A stretch of 63,444 bases of DNA, from NCBI GenBank assembly GCA_045656825.1, contig JAZORY010000062.1:1-63444 (forward strand). The letters are read 5' to 3'. The number at the start of each line of letters is the position of its first letter. Position 1 is the first letter of the stretch. This document shows positions 38,466-48,601 of this stretch, one piece after another. The position numbers and the translations under genes are program-made. The notes beneath the pieces were generated by a model that did no database searches, was not told the DNA's origin, and was given only the letters and a program-made list of their open reading frames with translations. The stretch is from Candidatus Avispirillum sp. GTDB lineage: Bacteria; Bacillota; Clostridia; Oscillospirales; CAG-272.

Positions 38466-40445
38466 TTACTTTTTTGATTTTTCGGCAGCATCAAGATGCT
38501 TATCAATTGCTGCCTTAAGCTTTTTCTCAACCTCGGAAACCTTTTCTCCCACTATTCTTGCGCCTGCCGCGTCGAAATGTCCGCCGCCGCGAAGCTCCTC
38601 AAGAATAAGCTGCACGTTGATGCTTCCTGTTGATCTTGCTGAAATATGAACCTCGTCGCCGATAGGGACGATTGCAAAGGAAGCCTTAACACCTTCAACT
38701 GTGAGAAGTCTGTTAGCAGCCTTTGCAGCGGGGATCTTATCCTTTAATTCACATTCGCCTATTGCTGTTGCAATAGCGCAAACGTTTTTATAAATTTCAA
38801 TATTCGTATGGAAACGGAGCTCCCTTCTGAATTCATCCAGATCTGTCTTAAAGAATTCCTGAACCTCTCCAACGTCTGCTCCAACGGAGCGCAGATAGAG
38901 GGCTGCTGAGAAAGTTCTTGTTCCCGTATTCTTCGTGAACTGATTTGTGTCAAGCAGGATTCCTGCAAGCATAAGGTCTGCTTCCTTAGGGAGAAGGCTC
39001 TCAGGAGGGAGAACCTGCTCAAGCATTTCTGCCACGAGCTCACTTGCAGCAGATGCCGCAGGCTCGATATAGGTTATAATATGCTCTTTTTCAAAATCAG
39101 CAGTTTTTCTATGATGGTCGACGATAATTATGTTATTACAGCTATCGTACAGCGCACCGCTTTCAAACTGCATTTTGTTTGAAACGTCGGAAATAAGCAG
39201 AAGCGTTCCCGAATTTACAAGGTCAAGTGCCGACGCGCTATCAACAAAAACGCCCTTATAGTCCGGAAGCTCACTTACCCACTCAAAGCATTTTGCAATA
39301 CCGTTATCGTTAGGATTTACAACGATATTTACAGGAACTCCGCAAAACATAGCAAGACGCGCAAGACCAACTGCCGAGCCCATAGCATCGAAATCGGCAA
39401 ACTTATGGAACATAATAATAACGTTCTCTGCGCTTGTGATATGAGAAACAAGCTCGTTTGCGATAGCTCTTGCCTTAACCTTGGTTCTCTTCTGAGCCAT
39501 CTTGGTTTTACCGCCGTAAATATCAAGAGTTCCGTCGCCCTTAACTACCGCCTGGTCGCCTCCGCGCTGGAGAGCTGTGTCTATGGCGCTTCTGGCGTTC
39601 TTTTCCTTTTCAAAAAGACTTTCGCCAAAATCGGAAACGCCGATAGAAACAGTCAGCGGAATACTGTTTTCTCCGATTCTTATATTTCTGATTTTATCAA
39701 GAATATCAAATCCCTTTTTTGAAAAGACCTCAAGATGCTGCTTTTCGAAAATGAATATGTATTTTTCCTGCTGATATTCCTTAAGAATACCGTTGTAATC
39801 ATTTGCCCACTGTCTGAGAAGTCGGTCTGTCTCGGCAGAGGCATATCTGTAATCCTCCTGCTCGTAGTTAAGCAGCTCCTCAAGATTGTCTACAACGATA
39901 TATGCAATAGCCGTTTCCTTATCGCGAAGATATTTTTCCGTGTTTTCGCGATCGGTAACGTCTGTCATTGTGTATACGGAATAATGCTTTTCGTCGCTGC
40001 CGAAGCTAGAATGTACCTCACGTGTGAAAATTCGCTCTCCTGCGATATAAAGCTCACCATCTGCTTCCTTAAACATTTCAGAAAGACAGATCGGTCTTTT
40101 ACCGCCTGAGAACTCAGCCGCAGCCTTATTCATCCAAACAACTCTGTCGGATTCGGCAGGGCATACCACAACGGGACAAGCAGAATTCAGCACGGATTCG
40201 GAAAGAACAACGCCCACCTCTGATGAGGGCTTAACTCCGGACTTGAAAACTCTGCCCTTTTTATAAAAAGCATACGTCAATGAAATTGCCACGAATATGG
40301 CGCAAATCAGCAGCGTTAAAACAATCTTATTAAACTTAAAATTGCTTCCGATAACTGCATCAGCAACCATAAAAACAATAGCACTGATGATAACAAAAAT
40401 CACGTCAGCAAAGCTGAACTGAAAATTAGGGGAACCTTTTTTCAT
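38466..40445 (-). CDS. gdpP: GdpP-family c-di-AMP phosphodiesterase
   Basis: 2 TM helices, degenerate GGDEF (RGGDQAVV), DFDAMG, DHH, GGGHF; yybS-gdpP-rplI-dnaB synteny. Confidence 0.9.
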   Translation of the reverse strand: MKKGSPNFQFSFADVIFVIISAIVFMVADAVIGSNFKFNKIVLTLLICAIFVAISLTYAFYKKGRVFKSGVKPSSEVGVVLSESVLNSACPVVVCPAESDRVVWMNKAAAEFSGGKRPICLSEMFKEADGELYIAGERIFTREVHSSFGSDEKHYSVYTMTDVTDRENTEKYLRDKETAIAYIVVDNLEELLNYEQEDYRYASAETDRLLRQWANDYNGILKEYQQEKYIFIFEKQHLEVFSKKGFDILDKIRNIRIGENSIPLTVSIGVSDFGESLFEKEKNARSAIDTALQRGGDQAVVKGDGTLDIYGGKTKMAQKRTKVKARAIANELVSHITSAENVIIMFHKFADFDAMGSAVGLARLAMFCGVPVNIVVNPNDNGIAKCFEWVSELPDYKGVFVDSASALDLVNSGTLLLISDVSNKMQFESGALYDSCNNIIIVDHHRKTADFEKEHIITYIEPAASAASELVAEMLEQVLPPESLLPKEADLMLAGILLDTNQFTKNTGTRTFSAALYLRSVGADVGEVQEFFKTDLDEFRRELRFHTNIEIYKNVCAIATAIGECELKDKIPAAKAANRLLTVEGVKASFAIVPIGDEVHISARSTGSINVQLILEELRGGGHFDAAGARIVGEKVSEVEKKLKAAIDKHLDAAEKSKK

Positions 40446-40477
40446 ATTTTGATCCCTTCTTTGTCTTAAAATCTATA

Positions 40478-41515
40478 TTAGTCGTTTTTATTCTCTCTGT
40501 TTTTACGTCTTAAAAACATCCATATGCGGATATTATAGAAAACCGTAAACATAGCGGCAAGCTCCAGAATCATTATAGGATTCATAAAAGCAAAATAAAC
40601 AAGCAAGCCGATCGTGAGTATACCGAGACCCTTCATCTTCCCACGGCGGAAAAATCCTCCGCGTCCAAACATAAGACGGAAGCCCACGATGGTTTGACTG
40701 GGCATAAATATATACATTATATTCACAGCAGAATAATAAACTATCTCGCTTCTGAGAGTGAACATACTGACGATATAAGCCAGAATGAACACTATTGAGC
40801 CAAGAAAAGATGCTGAAACGGGCCATATGCCGCCATAAAACATTTCGTTTGAATCAGCAACGATGGTTGCAAGGCGGAACACCTTAGCCGCAGCATAGGA
40901 TGCTGCCATACAAACGAGAACTATCATTGATGGCATAAGCAGATAAACTGCATTTTTCAACGACTGTATATAATTCTCCGTGTAAACCTCTTGCCCCGCC
41001 GCCTCAGCTGCTTCATTTATTTTAGCAACGTAAGCATCCAGATTGTCAAAGGCACGGTTCATTATATTGGTTATGGCTTCTACAAGCTCATTTCCCTCAG
41101 AGAGATAGAAAAGGCCTAAAATAACTGCAATAAGAGCAACAAAGCCTCCTGTTAATGCAGCTACGGTTGACGACAGGCATTTTCTTTTTCTGACCGATTC
41201 GGACAATATGAACGACAACGGAATAAACGCCAATGCAACGAGAGCATACGGCAGCTTAACTCCGCACAAAACAGAAACCGCCACAGAGATCAACGCCCCT
41301 GCCAAAATAAATCCAAGGCTGAATCTCGCGGTCAGCACGTAAGAAAAAAGACCGACCGACATAATAAGAAATATTATTCCGCCGTAATCCGAAGGAAATG
41401 CTCCCGCGAGTATGGAGGAAACTGCTGTCAGCGACAAAGCTACGCCCATTGACAAGGGACTGCATCCGCGTGGAGCTGAAAATCTGCTTCTCAGGCTTTG
41501 CACTTTATTATTCAT
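40478..41515 (-). CDS. YybS/DUF2232-like membrane protein
   Basis: Multi-TM protein at the usual yybS position upstream of gdpP. Confidence 0.65.
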   Translation of the reverse strand: MNNKVQSLRSRFSAPRGCSPLSMGVALSLTAVSSILAGAFPSDYGGIIFLIMSVGLFSYVLTARFSLGFILAGALISVAVSVLCGVKLPYALVALAFIPLSFILSESVRKRKCLSSTVAALTGGFVALIAVILGLFYLSEGNELVEAITNIMNRAFDNLDAYVAKINEAAEAAGQEVYTENYIQSLKNAVYLLMPSMIVLVCMAASYAAAKVFRLATIVADSNEMFYGGIWPVSASFLGSIVFILAYIVSMFTLRSEIVYYSAVNIMYIFMPSQTIVGFRLMFGRGGFFRRGKMKGLGILTIGLLVYFAFMNPIMILELAAMFTVFYNIRIWMFLRRKNRENKND

Positions 41516-41595
41516 CAATCGTCCTCCTCTCACAGTTATACATAGTTTATTATAGCAGAACAGAGGTCTTTTGTCAAAGAATTAAGGAAAATATT

Positions 41596-41964
41596 TTACT
41601 TTTTACGCTTATCCCTGAACACCACAGCCGTCAGAAGTCCAAAAACCAGCGCAGCTGTTATTCCCGCCGATGATGCTGTCAACGGGCCCTTCAATACGCC
41701 TATAAGTCCCTCCTTATCAACTGCCTCGCGAACACCCGTTGAAATCAGATAACCAAAGCCTGTAAGGGGAGTTGTTGCTCCCGCTCCCGCAACGTCTGCC
41801 AGAACATCATAAATGCCCAACGCTCCAAGCACAACTCCCGCAACAACGTATGAAACCAATATTCTTGCAGGCGTAAGCGCAGTTTTATCTATAAGCACCT
41901 GCGCGATAACGCAAAGTATTCCTCCAAATGCAAACGCCATAAAATAATCAAGCAAAGTGTCCAT
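41596..41964 (-). CDS. spoVAE: Stage V sporulation protein AE (SpoVAC/SpoVAEb family)
   Basis: AFAFGGILCVIAQ, LTPARILV, AGAGATTPLTGFG. Confidence 0.9.
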   Translation of the reverse strand: MDTLLDYFMAFAFGGILCVIAQVLIDKTALTPARILVSYVVAGVVLGALGIYDVLADVAGAGATTPLTGFGYLISTGVREAVDKEGLIGVLKGPLTASSAGITAALVFGLLTAVVFRDKRKK

Positions 41965-42994
41965 CAAACAGCTCTCCTTCTATCTGAACCAAATGGGCAA
42001 TTCCCGGTATGGACAAGCCCTGCTGCAAGCTCATAGGGCTCATAAGAGCGCCCGTTCCCACAAACAAAACACGTTTATACACTCCTTGCCTTATTTTCTT
42101 AAGAATATATGAAGCAAGAACCACGGCGCTGCATCCGCATCCGCTTCCCCCTGCATGCTTATCCTGCCGCTTGCGATCATATATCATCAATCCGCAATCC
42201 GAATGACAGGCACTTATATCATAGCCATCACATTTTAGCAGCTCGCGAAGTATGGCTCCGCCCTCATAACCAAGATCACCGGTTAAAATAAGATCAAAAT
42301 CCCCCTCGCTCTGTCCCGTTTCCTTGAAAAATCGCAGAATGGTGTCTGCGGCAGCAGGAGCCATCGCAGCACCCATATTGGTTATATCGTTTATTCCCGC
42401 ATCAAGACTTCGTCCGGGCTGCAGGGCAGTTATTCTGGGAACGTATACGGGAGTCTTTTTTTCGAAAAGCAGATCCTTCTTATCTGAAGAAATTATATGC
42501 GCCGCCGCACCCGTTACGGTCCATTGAGCCGTTGGCGAGCGCTGACCTCCGTATTCAAGAGGAGAACGGAATTGGCGCTCGGCTGAAGCGTTGTGAGAAG
42601 ATGCTACACCTGCGCAGCAGCCCACACTCCCTCCCGAGCAAAGCATCGCCGCCAGCATGATCCCCTCAGCCGCCGTTGAACAGGCACCGTAAAGACCGAT
42701 ATACGGACTGTCATATTCAAGAAGACCGTAATTTGAGCCTATACATTGATTGAGCAAATCGCCTGCAAGGATCATATCAATATCCCTATCCGTTTTCCCC
42801 GCAAGAGAAAGCGCCTTTCCCAAAGCAAGACGCTGCATTTCGCTTTCTGCCTTTTCCCAAGTTTCGCAGCCAAAGGTGTCATCCTTTTCATCACACAAAT
42901 CAAAATGTGCTCCAAGAGGGCCGTTTTTCTCCTCTTGGCCGACAACGGACGCGCTTGAAATTATATAAACCGGATTTTCAACGCAAATAGCCAT
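41948..42994 (-). CDS. spoVAD: Stage V sporulation protein AD
   Basis: WEKAES, GDLLNQ, GACST, AERQFR.PLEYG.QR, NMGAAMAPAA, GGSGCGCS. Confidence 0.96.
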   Translation of the reverse strand: MAICVENPVYIISSASVVGQEEKNGPLGAHFDLCDEKDDTFGCETWEKAESEMQRLALGKALSLAGKTDRDIDMILAGDLLNQCIGSNYGLLEYDSPYIGLYGACSTAAEGIMLAAMLCSGGSVGCCAGVASSHNASAERQFRSPLEYGGQRSPTAQWTVTGAAAHIISSDKKDLLFEKKTPVYVPRITALQPGRSLDAGINDITNMGAAMAPAAADTILRFFKETGQSEGDFDLILTGDLGYEGGAILRELLKCDGYDISACHSDCGLMIYDRKRQDKHAGGSGCGCSAVVLASYILKKIRQGVYKRVLFVGTGALMSPMSLQQGLSIPGIAHLVQIEGELFDGHFA

Positions 42995-43070
42995 TTCCCC
43001 TCCAAGCATTTTACTCTTTGTCCTTATTCTTCTCAGGCTGCATTTTTTTATTCAACGACGTAAAAAAGAA

Positions 43071-43103
43071 CAACGGAGAATGTTTTAGCTAAACATTCTC
43101 CGT
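43071..43103 (-). terminator. Terminator after the YwaF-like gene
   Basis: AACGGAGAATGTTT..AAACATTCTCCGTT, U-tract on minus. Confidence 0.8.
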
Positions 43104-43120
43104 TATATTTTGTCATTATT

Positions 43121-43966
43121 TCAAATTACTGCCGTTTCATCTTTGATTGAATTATTCGTCCGTTTTTTAGCCAATACTTTTATACCCATCGCAGCAAGCA
43201 GAATAACGTAAGCTGCAAGGGAAAAGACCGCTATGTAAACAAGCAGACACCAAGGAAATGGAATTACGGCCTGTACAGAGGAATATACGGGAAGCGACGG
43301 CGCACAATGTGGGCTTATATAAAACATATTAAAGGTTTCTCTTTCGAGCAATCCTGAATAATATGCAATTTCGTTCAACACCATCGCGATAAAAATAAAC
43401 ACGCCAAAGGCGGAAACTGCATATTTCATAGTTTTGTGCTCTGCCTTTACGTACTCGGTGTATAGCAGATAAATACCTATGGTTATCATCGCACCGTGGC
43501 ATATCATAGTTTGAACGTTTACACCTATCGTTTCTATAAAAACCTGCGCAGGATAAAGCATAACACAAAAGCCTGCGAATACAGAAAAAGTTGAAAGATA
43601 GGCACAAAGGGGATAATGCACTTTTTTACTCGGTACAACAGCCGCTAAAAGCCCTGCAAACATTGGAGTTGAGCAAAACTGAAACGGAAAAGCATACCAC
43701 TGATAATCATATGAAACAATGCCCTCTGAGAAGGAAAGACTGAAGCTGAGCTGCTTATATATCTCAAGCGCCACAGCTACCAGCGACGTTACAAGCAACA
43801 GCCTACGCACGAATTTCTCATCAGGATTTTTATAATGCTTGCATAAAAAATAAGCAGAAGCAAAAGCAAAAGAAAAGAACAAAAGATGAAACCAGCCATA
43901 CATCACAGGCGTGACCATTTTAGCATCCATAATTAAAATAAGTTTACCAAAAAAGCTCATATTCAT
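43121..43966 (-). CDS. YwaF-like integral membrane protein
   Basis: YGWFHL, FPFQFCS, HG, NMFYI; about 7 TM segments. Confidence 0.7.
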   Translation of the reverse strand: MNMSFFGKLILIMDAKMVTPVMYGWFHLLFFSFAFASAYFLCKHYKNPDEKFVRRLLLVTSLVAVALEIYKQLSFSLSFSEGIVSYDYQWYAFPFQFCSTPMFAGLLAAVVPSKKVHYPLCAYLSTFSVFAGFCVMLYPAQVFIETIGVNVQTMICHGAMITIGIYLLYTEYVKAEHKTMKYAVSAFGVFIFIAMVLNEIAYYSGLLERETFNMFYISPHCAPSLPVYSSVQAVIPFPWCLLVYIAVFSLAAYVILLAAMGIKVLAKKRTNNSIKDETAVI

Positions 43967-44080
43967 CCCCCTTTCTCCTTGTTTCTACATTCTTATTATA
44001 TCAGCATTTTGTTCTTTTTCAATAGTATTTTCACAAAGCAAAAAATAGAATTTCAAATAATACAAAGCAAAGGAATACAA

Positions 44081-44755
44081 ATGGAAATTATTAAAATTAC
44101 GCTGACGTCCTTACTATCCGCCGTATCACTGTTCATCATAGCCAAAATAATCGGACACAAGCAAATGGCTCAGCTGGATTTTTTCGATTATATTACAGGA
44201 ATAACCATCGGTTCAATTGCAGCAGAACTTGCAACCGAGCTTGAAAATCCCCTTTATCCGCTTATTGCAATGATAGTTTACGGAGCAATAACCTTTCTTT
44301 TAACAATCGTTGCAAGAAAATTCCCCAAAACGAGAAAATTTATAAATGGCTCTCCAACTATTATCATAGACAATGGAAACATATACAAGGAAAACATGAA
44401 AAAAGCCAAGCTTGAATTAAGCGAGCTTATGGTGATGTGCAGAGCAGCAGGATATTTCGATCTGAAGGATATTCAAACAGCCGTTTTTGAATATAACGGC
44501 AAGCTGACCATCCTGCCAAAAAGCACAAGTCGTCCGCTTACGCCCGAGGACGTGGATATCTGTCCCGAGCCCGAATATATAAACACAGAGGTTATAATGG
44601 ACGGAAGAATTCTTGACGAAAACCTGAAGCGCACGGGGCTTGAGCTCAATTGGCTGAAGAAAGAGCTTAAAAAGCAGGGATATTCAACCGCAAAAGACGT
44701 ATATTTAGCTGTTTGCGACAAGAATAACGTTCTGACTGTGTTCAGCGGAAAGTGA
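44081..44755 (+). CDS. DUF421/YetF-family membrane protein
   Basis: GHKQMAQLDFFDYITGITIGSIAA, P..II.NG, E.NG.L, IMDG; start at MEII. Confidence 0.9.
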   Translation: MEIIKITLTSLLSAVSLFIIAKIIGHKQMAQLDFFDYITGITIGSIAAELATELENPLYPLIAMIVYGAITFLLTIVARKFPKTRKFINGSPTIIIDNGNIYKENMKKAKLELSELMVMCRAAGYFDLKDIQTAVFEYNGKLTILPKSTSRPLTPEDVDICPEPEYINTEVIMDGRILDENLKRTGLELNWLKKELKKQGYSTAKDVYLAVCDKNNVLTVFSGK

Positions 44756-44784
44756 AAAAAGGAGATGCATAGCATCTCCTTTTT
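44756..44784. terminator. Bidirectional terminator
   Basis: AAAAAGGAGATGC-ATA-GCATCTCCTTTTT. Confidence 0.88.
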
Positions 44785-44793
44785 TGCTTCATA

Positions 44794-45780
44794 TTAAAGC
44801 AGCTTTTTAATAAGCTCCTCGCGAGGTGTTGCACTAAGATAAGTGGGCGCAACGTCAAAAACTGTTTTGCATCCGCACTGACCTTCGCACGCCATCTTAT
44901 ATGCCGCTCTCGCATACGCCACGATAACGGAAGCTGTGAACTCGGGGTTAGAATCAAGCTTCAGGCTATACTCGATGATATGTGTGTTCTCAAGATTCTC
45001 GCCCGTTCTTCCGCTTCTGATAACGAAACCGCCGTGAGGAATTCCGCTGTGATCACGGATAAGCTCCTCCTCGCTGATAAACTCAACCGTTGTATCGTAA
45101 TCCGCAAAATAATTGGGCATTTCCTTGATCTCGCGTTCAATTCTCGCCTTATCCGCGCCCTCTTCTGCCACAACGTAGCAAAGACGGGTATGCTTTTCTC
45201 TCGTTGTAAGCTCCGGCTCGCTTCCGCTTCTCACAGCCTCAAGAGCTGCATCCACGGGAATAGTGTACTGCTTGCCGTTCTTAACTCCGTCAATTCTGCG
45301 GATAGCATCTGAATGACCCTGACTGACGCCCTTGCCCCAGAAGGTGTAATCCTTACCGTCGGGCAACACTGCACCCATATACATTCTGTTGATGGAGAAC
45401 ATTCCGGGATCCCAGCCTACTGATATAATGGCAACCTTTCCGCCTTCCTTCGCCGCCGCATCAACGTTTGCCATGTGCTCGGGAATTTTAGCGTGTGTGT
45501 CAAAGCTATCAACAACGTTGAAAAGCTTTGCCATTTCAGGAGTCTGAGTGGGAAGGTCCGTTGCGCTTCCTCCGCAAAGAATGAGAACGTCTATCTCGTC
45601 CTTCATTTCCGCAGCTTTATCTACGTGGTATACGGGAACACCCTCTGTTCTTATCTTGAGCGACGCGGGATCGCGGCGTGTGAACACGCACGCCAGCTCC
45701 ATATCGCCATTCTGGCGTATGGCACATTCAACGCCACGGCCAAGGTTTCCATAACCGTATATACCAACTCTGATACTCAT
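44794..45780 (-). CDS. ddh: meso-Diaminopimelate dehydrogenase
   Basis: GYGNLGRG, CGGSATDLP, DSFDTH, GWDPG, FWGKGVSQGHS, HGG, NPEFT. Confidence 0.96.
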   Translation of the reverse strand: MSIRVGIYGYGNLGRGVECAIRQNGDMELACVFTRRDPASLKIRTEGVPVYHVDKAAEMKDEIDVLILCGGSATDLPTQTPEMAKLFNVVDSFDTHAKIPEHMANVDAAAKEGGKVAIISVGWDPGMFSINRMYMGAVLPDGKDYTFWGKGVSQGHSDAIRRIDGVKNGKQYTIPVDAALEAVRSGSEPELTTREKHTRLCYVVAEEGADKARIEREIKEMPNYFADYDTTVEFISEEELIRDHSGIPHGGFVIRSGRTGENLENTHIIEYSLKLDSNPEFTASVIVAYARAAYKMACEGQCGCKTVFDVAPTYLSATPREELIKKLL

Positions 45781-45821
45781 AAATTTCGCCTCTATTCTGC
45801 TTTGCCAATCTGATAATAAAT

Positions 45822-47216
45822 TTATCTGTCTATCTTCTTGATAACGTCGGGTATGATCTCGACCTTGTGAGCATCGATCATGGCCTCGCTATCCTTTGCA
45901 TACTGCTTTTCGCCCAAGGAATTATCCGCAATTACTCTCCACTGAGTCTTGCCGATGCTTTCAAAATAGATAATATAATAAATGCCCTCTCCCTTGAGAG
46001 TTGTTACGTCGCCTTCCTTTGCATCCTCAAAGAGCCACTTAATTCCCTCTTCGGAAAGAATGGAATTGCTCATATCAACGTTCTTATAAACGCCGCCGTT
46101 GCCTTTTGTGTTTTCGTCCTCGCTGTACTTTTCAGCAAGCTTTCCGAAATCCTCGGCTGTTTTTTCTGTTTCTTCCCATTCAGCAAGAATCTTATCTGCC
46201 TTAGCCTTTGTTTTTTCGTTTGTCTGATAAGTATCCTTTGTCAGACAGATATAGCGGATATCGCGCACGTTATATTCCTGAAGAGCAGGCTTTGCTGTGA
46301 GCATATAAACCGTATAAATACCGTCCTTGCCGTTTTCTTCAACGTACTTATCGCCGATCTCAGCCTTAAATGCCCAATCGCCAACGTCGCCTTCCTTGAG
46401 AACGTATTTCTCCTCGGATGCGCCAACCTTCTTATCCTCTGCAAGCTTCAGAACGTTGTTTTCATAATCCTCAATATAAGCATAGAAGGCATCGCTGTCT
46501 GCCGTTGCTGCAAGCTCCTTTGCATTATACATAGCATCGCGGTCCTTGGATTCCTCAAAAACGTAATACTCGTAATCTACGTAGTAGAATTCATCGGGAT
46601 TGTCTTTGAGATACTTGTCCTCGTCTTCCTCAGTATAGCTGTAATTAAGAACGATATCGTTATACTGATTAAATGCAAGTCTTTCCTTTTCAATAAATGA
46701 GCGGAGATCGTCGATATTTACCATATCGCCATACATTTCTGCAACCAGCTCGTTTACAGAGGCATATCCGTTTCCCTTCGCCTCTTTTTCATATTCCTTA
46801 ATGATCTTATCAATCTCGGCCTTGTCCTCTTCGCTGAGGGTTATTCCCGCTGCCTTTGCAGCCTCGCAGAAAACAAGGATTTCTCGCATATAAGACTGTG
46901 TCATATTTGCGAAATAATCAAACCAAGTTACGTCGTTTGAATAAACCTGTTCCTTAAGAGATTTTTCAACGTCGATTCCGTAATATGCGATATAATACTG
47001 ATTTTCGTTATAAAATTCAAGGAAATATTTTTCAAAAAGATAGGTTGCCTCTCCCAAATCAAAAGAGAAGTTATCGCTCTTTACAACAACCTCTGTGGGA
47101 TCAGCGGGAGTTGAATCATTGTTTTTGTCGTTGTCCTTATTCTTATCATCACCGCAAGAAGCAAGGCAGCAAAGCATCGCCAGCGCCAAGATCATTGCTA
47201 TAATTCTTTTCATCAT
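45822..47216 (-). CDS. PrsA-like parvulin PPIase lipoprotein
   Basis: Lipobox LASC; RYIC..FGKLAEKYSED..NGG..WLF. Confidence 0.78.
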   Translation of the reverse strand: MMKRIIAMILALAMLCCLASCGDDKNKDNDKNNDSTPADPTEVVVKSDNFSFDLGEATYLFEKYFLEFYNENQYYIAYYGIDVEKSLKEQVYSNDVTWFDYFANMTQSYMREILVFCEAAKAAGITLSEEDKAEIDKIIKEYEKEAKGNGYASVNELVAEMYGDMVNIDDLRSFIEKERLAFNQYNDIVLNYSYTEEDEDKYLKDNPDEFYYVDYEYYVFEESKDRDAMYNAKELAATADSDAFYAYIEDYENNVLKLAEDKKVGASEEKYVLKEGDVGDWAFKAEIGDKYVEENGKDGIYTVYMLTAKPALQEYNVRDIRYICLTKDTYQTNEKTKAKADKILAEWEETEKTAEDFGKLAEKYSEDENTKGNGGVYKNVDMSNSILSEEGIKWLFEDAKEGDVTTLKGEGIYYIIYFESIGKTQWRVIADNSLGEKQYAKDSEAMIDAHKVEIIPDVIKKIDR

Positions 47217-47234
47217 TTCAATCTAAATCCTTTG

Positions 47235-47990
47235 TCAAATTCTTTTTGCCACTATATACCAACGGTGATTATCGTCGGAAGCTTCTGTAAAATCAAAATC
47301 AGAGAAAAAGCCGCAAACCTCAAAGCCTGCACGATCCAGCTCGTTTTCAAGCTTTGATTTCGTATAGCATCGCTCTCTCTGCTCTGTATCCGTTCTGCGC
47401 CACGTACCGTCCTCATTTTTTTCAAAGACAGTCAGATAAAACGTGCAAATACCACGTCGCTTATCATAGCTGTTTTGCCAGCAGCACATTATATTTTCAT
47501 CCTCAAGGATGTAATCGTTATCTCCATAAAACTTAGCAAACTTTCGGGGCGTGTTCACGTCAAACACAAAAACTCCGCCGGGCTCAATATAATTATGGAG
47601 CAGCTTGAGGCATTTGGATAGATCCTGCACTCCTGTCAAATGATTGATCCCGTCGAGACAGCAAACCGCGCCCTGAACCGTTCCGTACAATTCAAAGCTT
47701 CTCATATCCTGACAAAGCCAAAGGATATCACTCGCCTGCTTTTCGTCCGCCGTTTCCCTTGCAACGCTGAGCATCTCATAGCTGATATCAAGACCGATCA
47801 TATCATATCCAAGCTCTCGGAGAGGGAAAGTCATCGCTCCCGTGCCGCACCCAAGGTCTAAAACCTCATTTACGTCTATATCGCCGTATCGCTCAAAGCA
47901 ACGACGAATAAAAAGCGCCCAGGAATCATAATCTGTTTCGGAGTTGAGCTTATCATACCCCGCAGATAAAGCAAAATATGCACCGGACAT
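47235..47990 (-). CDS. Class I SAM-dependent methyltransferase
   Basis: VLDLGCGTG, GLDIS, QDMR, PGGVFVFD. Confidence 0.9.
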   Translation of the reverse strand: MSGAYFALSAGYDKLNSETDYDSWALFIRRCFERYGDIDVNEVLDLGCGTGAMTFPLRELGYDMIGLDISYEMLSVARETADEKQASDILWLCQDMRSFELYGTVQGAVCCLDGINHLTGVQDLSKCLKLLHNYIEPGGVFVFDVNTPRKFAKFYGDNDYILEDENIMCCWQNSYDKRRGICTFYLTVFEKNEDGTWRRTDTEQRERCYTKSKLENELDRAGFEVCGFFSDFDFTEASDDNHRWYIVAKRI

Positions 47991-48310
47991 TATTTATCGT
48001 CCTCTGTCCAAGGTGTTTCGCCTTTTTCATCAAGATGTCTGAGAACTGCAGTATAGCCATCGCTTCCGTATTTAAGACAACGGTTTACACGGCTGATAGT
48101 TGCTGTTGAAAGACCTGTTTTTTCAATGATATCCGTGTATGTACAGTTGTCGGAAAGCATCTTTGCCGCAGTGAGTCTCTTAGACATTTCAATGATCTCT
48201 GTTACAGTACAGATATCCTCAAAGAAGCTCATACATTCGTCAACTGTTGTGAGGCTGAGAATACCATTGAACAAATATTCCATCTTGGAATCCATCTTCT
48301 TTTTTGCCAT
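47990..48310 (-). CDS. YerC/YecD TrpR-like protein
   Basis: FFEDICT, TGLSTATISRVNRCLKYG.DGY. Confidence 0.92.
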   Translation of the reverse strand: MAKKKMDSKMEYLFNGILSLTTVDECMSFFEDICTVTEIIEMSKRLTAAKMLSDNCTYTDIIEKTGLSTATISRVNRCLKYGSDGYTAVLRHLDEKGETPWTEDDK

Positions 48311-48372
48311 AATCCTTTTTCCTTTTCAATTGTAGTCTGTTTCGGCTTTTTAAAGCGCATATCCGAAACTCA

Positions 48373-48401
48373 AAAGTGTTAAAGCAAAGAAATAACACTT
48401 T
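48373..48401. promoter_or_regulatory. Palindrome between the yerC-like gene's promoter and start
   Basis: AAAGTGTTA-N11-TAACACTTT; TTGAAA-17-TATAAT on minus at 48420-48448. Confidence 0.5.
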
Positions 48402-48601
48402 CAGAATTTAATTAACTAAATTATAACTCATAAAAATGAATTTTTCAACTAGGTAATTAAAATTTGATAAATTTACTATTGCAAATAACACCACTTATGT
48501 GTTAGAATAACTTCTCGTGAAAGAAAAAGCAGTTTTTTCAGCAAAAAAGCAAGAATCTGCTTACATATTATATACATACTGGAATTATTTGGAGCTTACC
48601 A

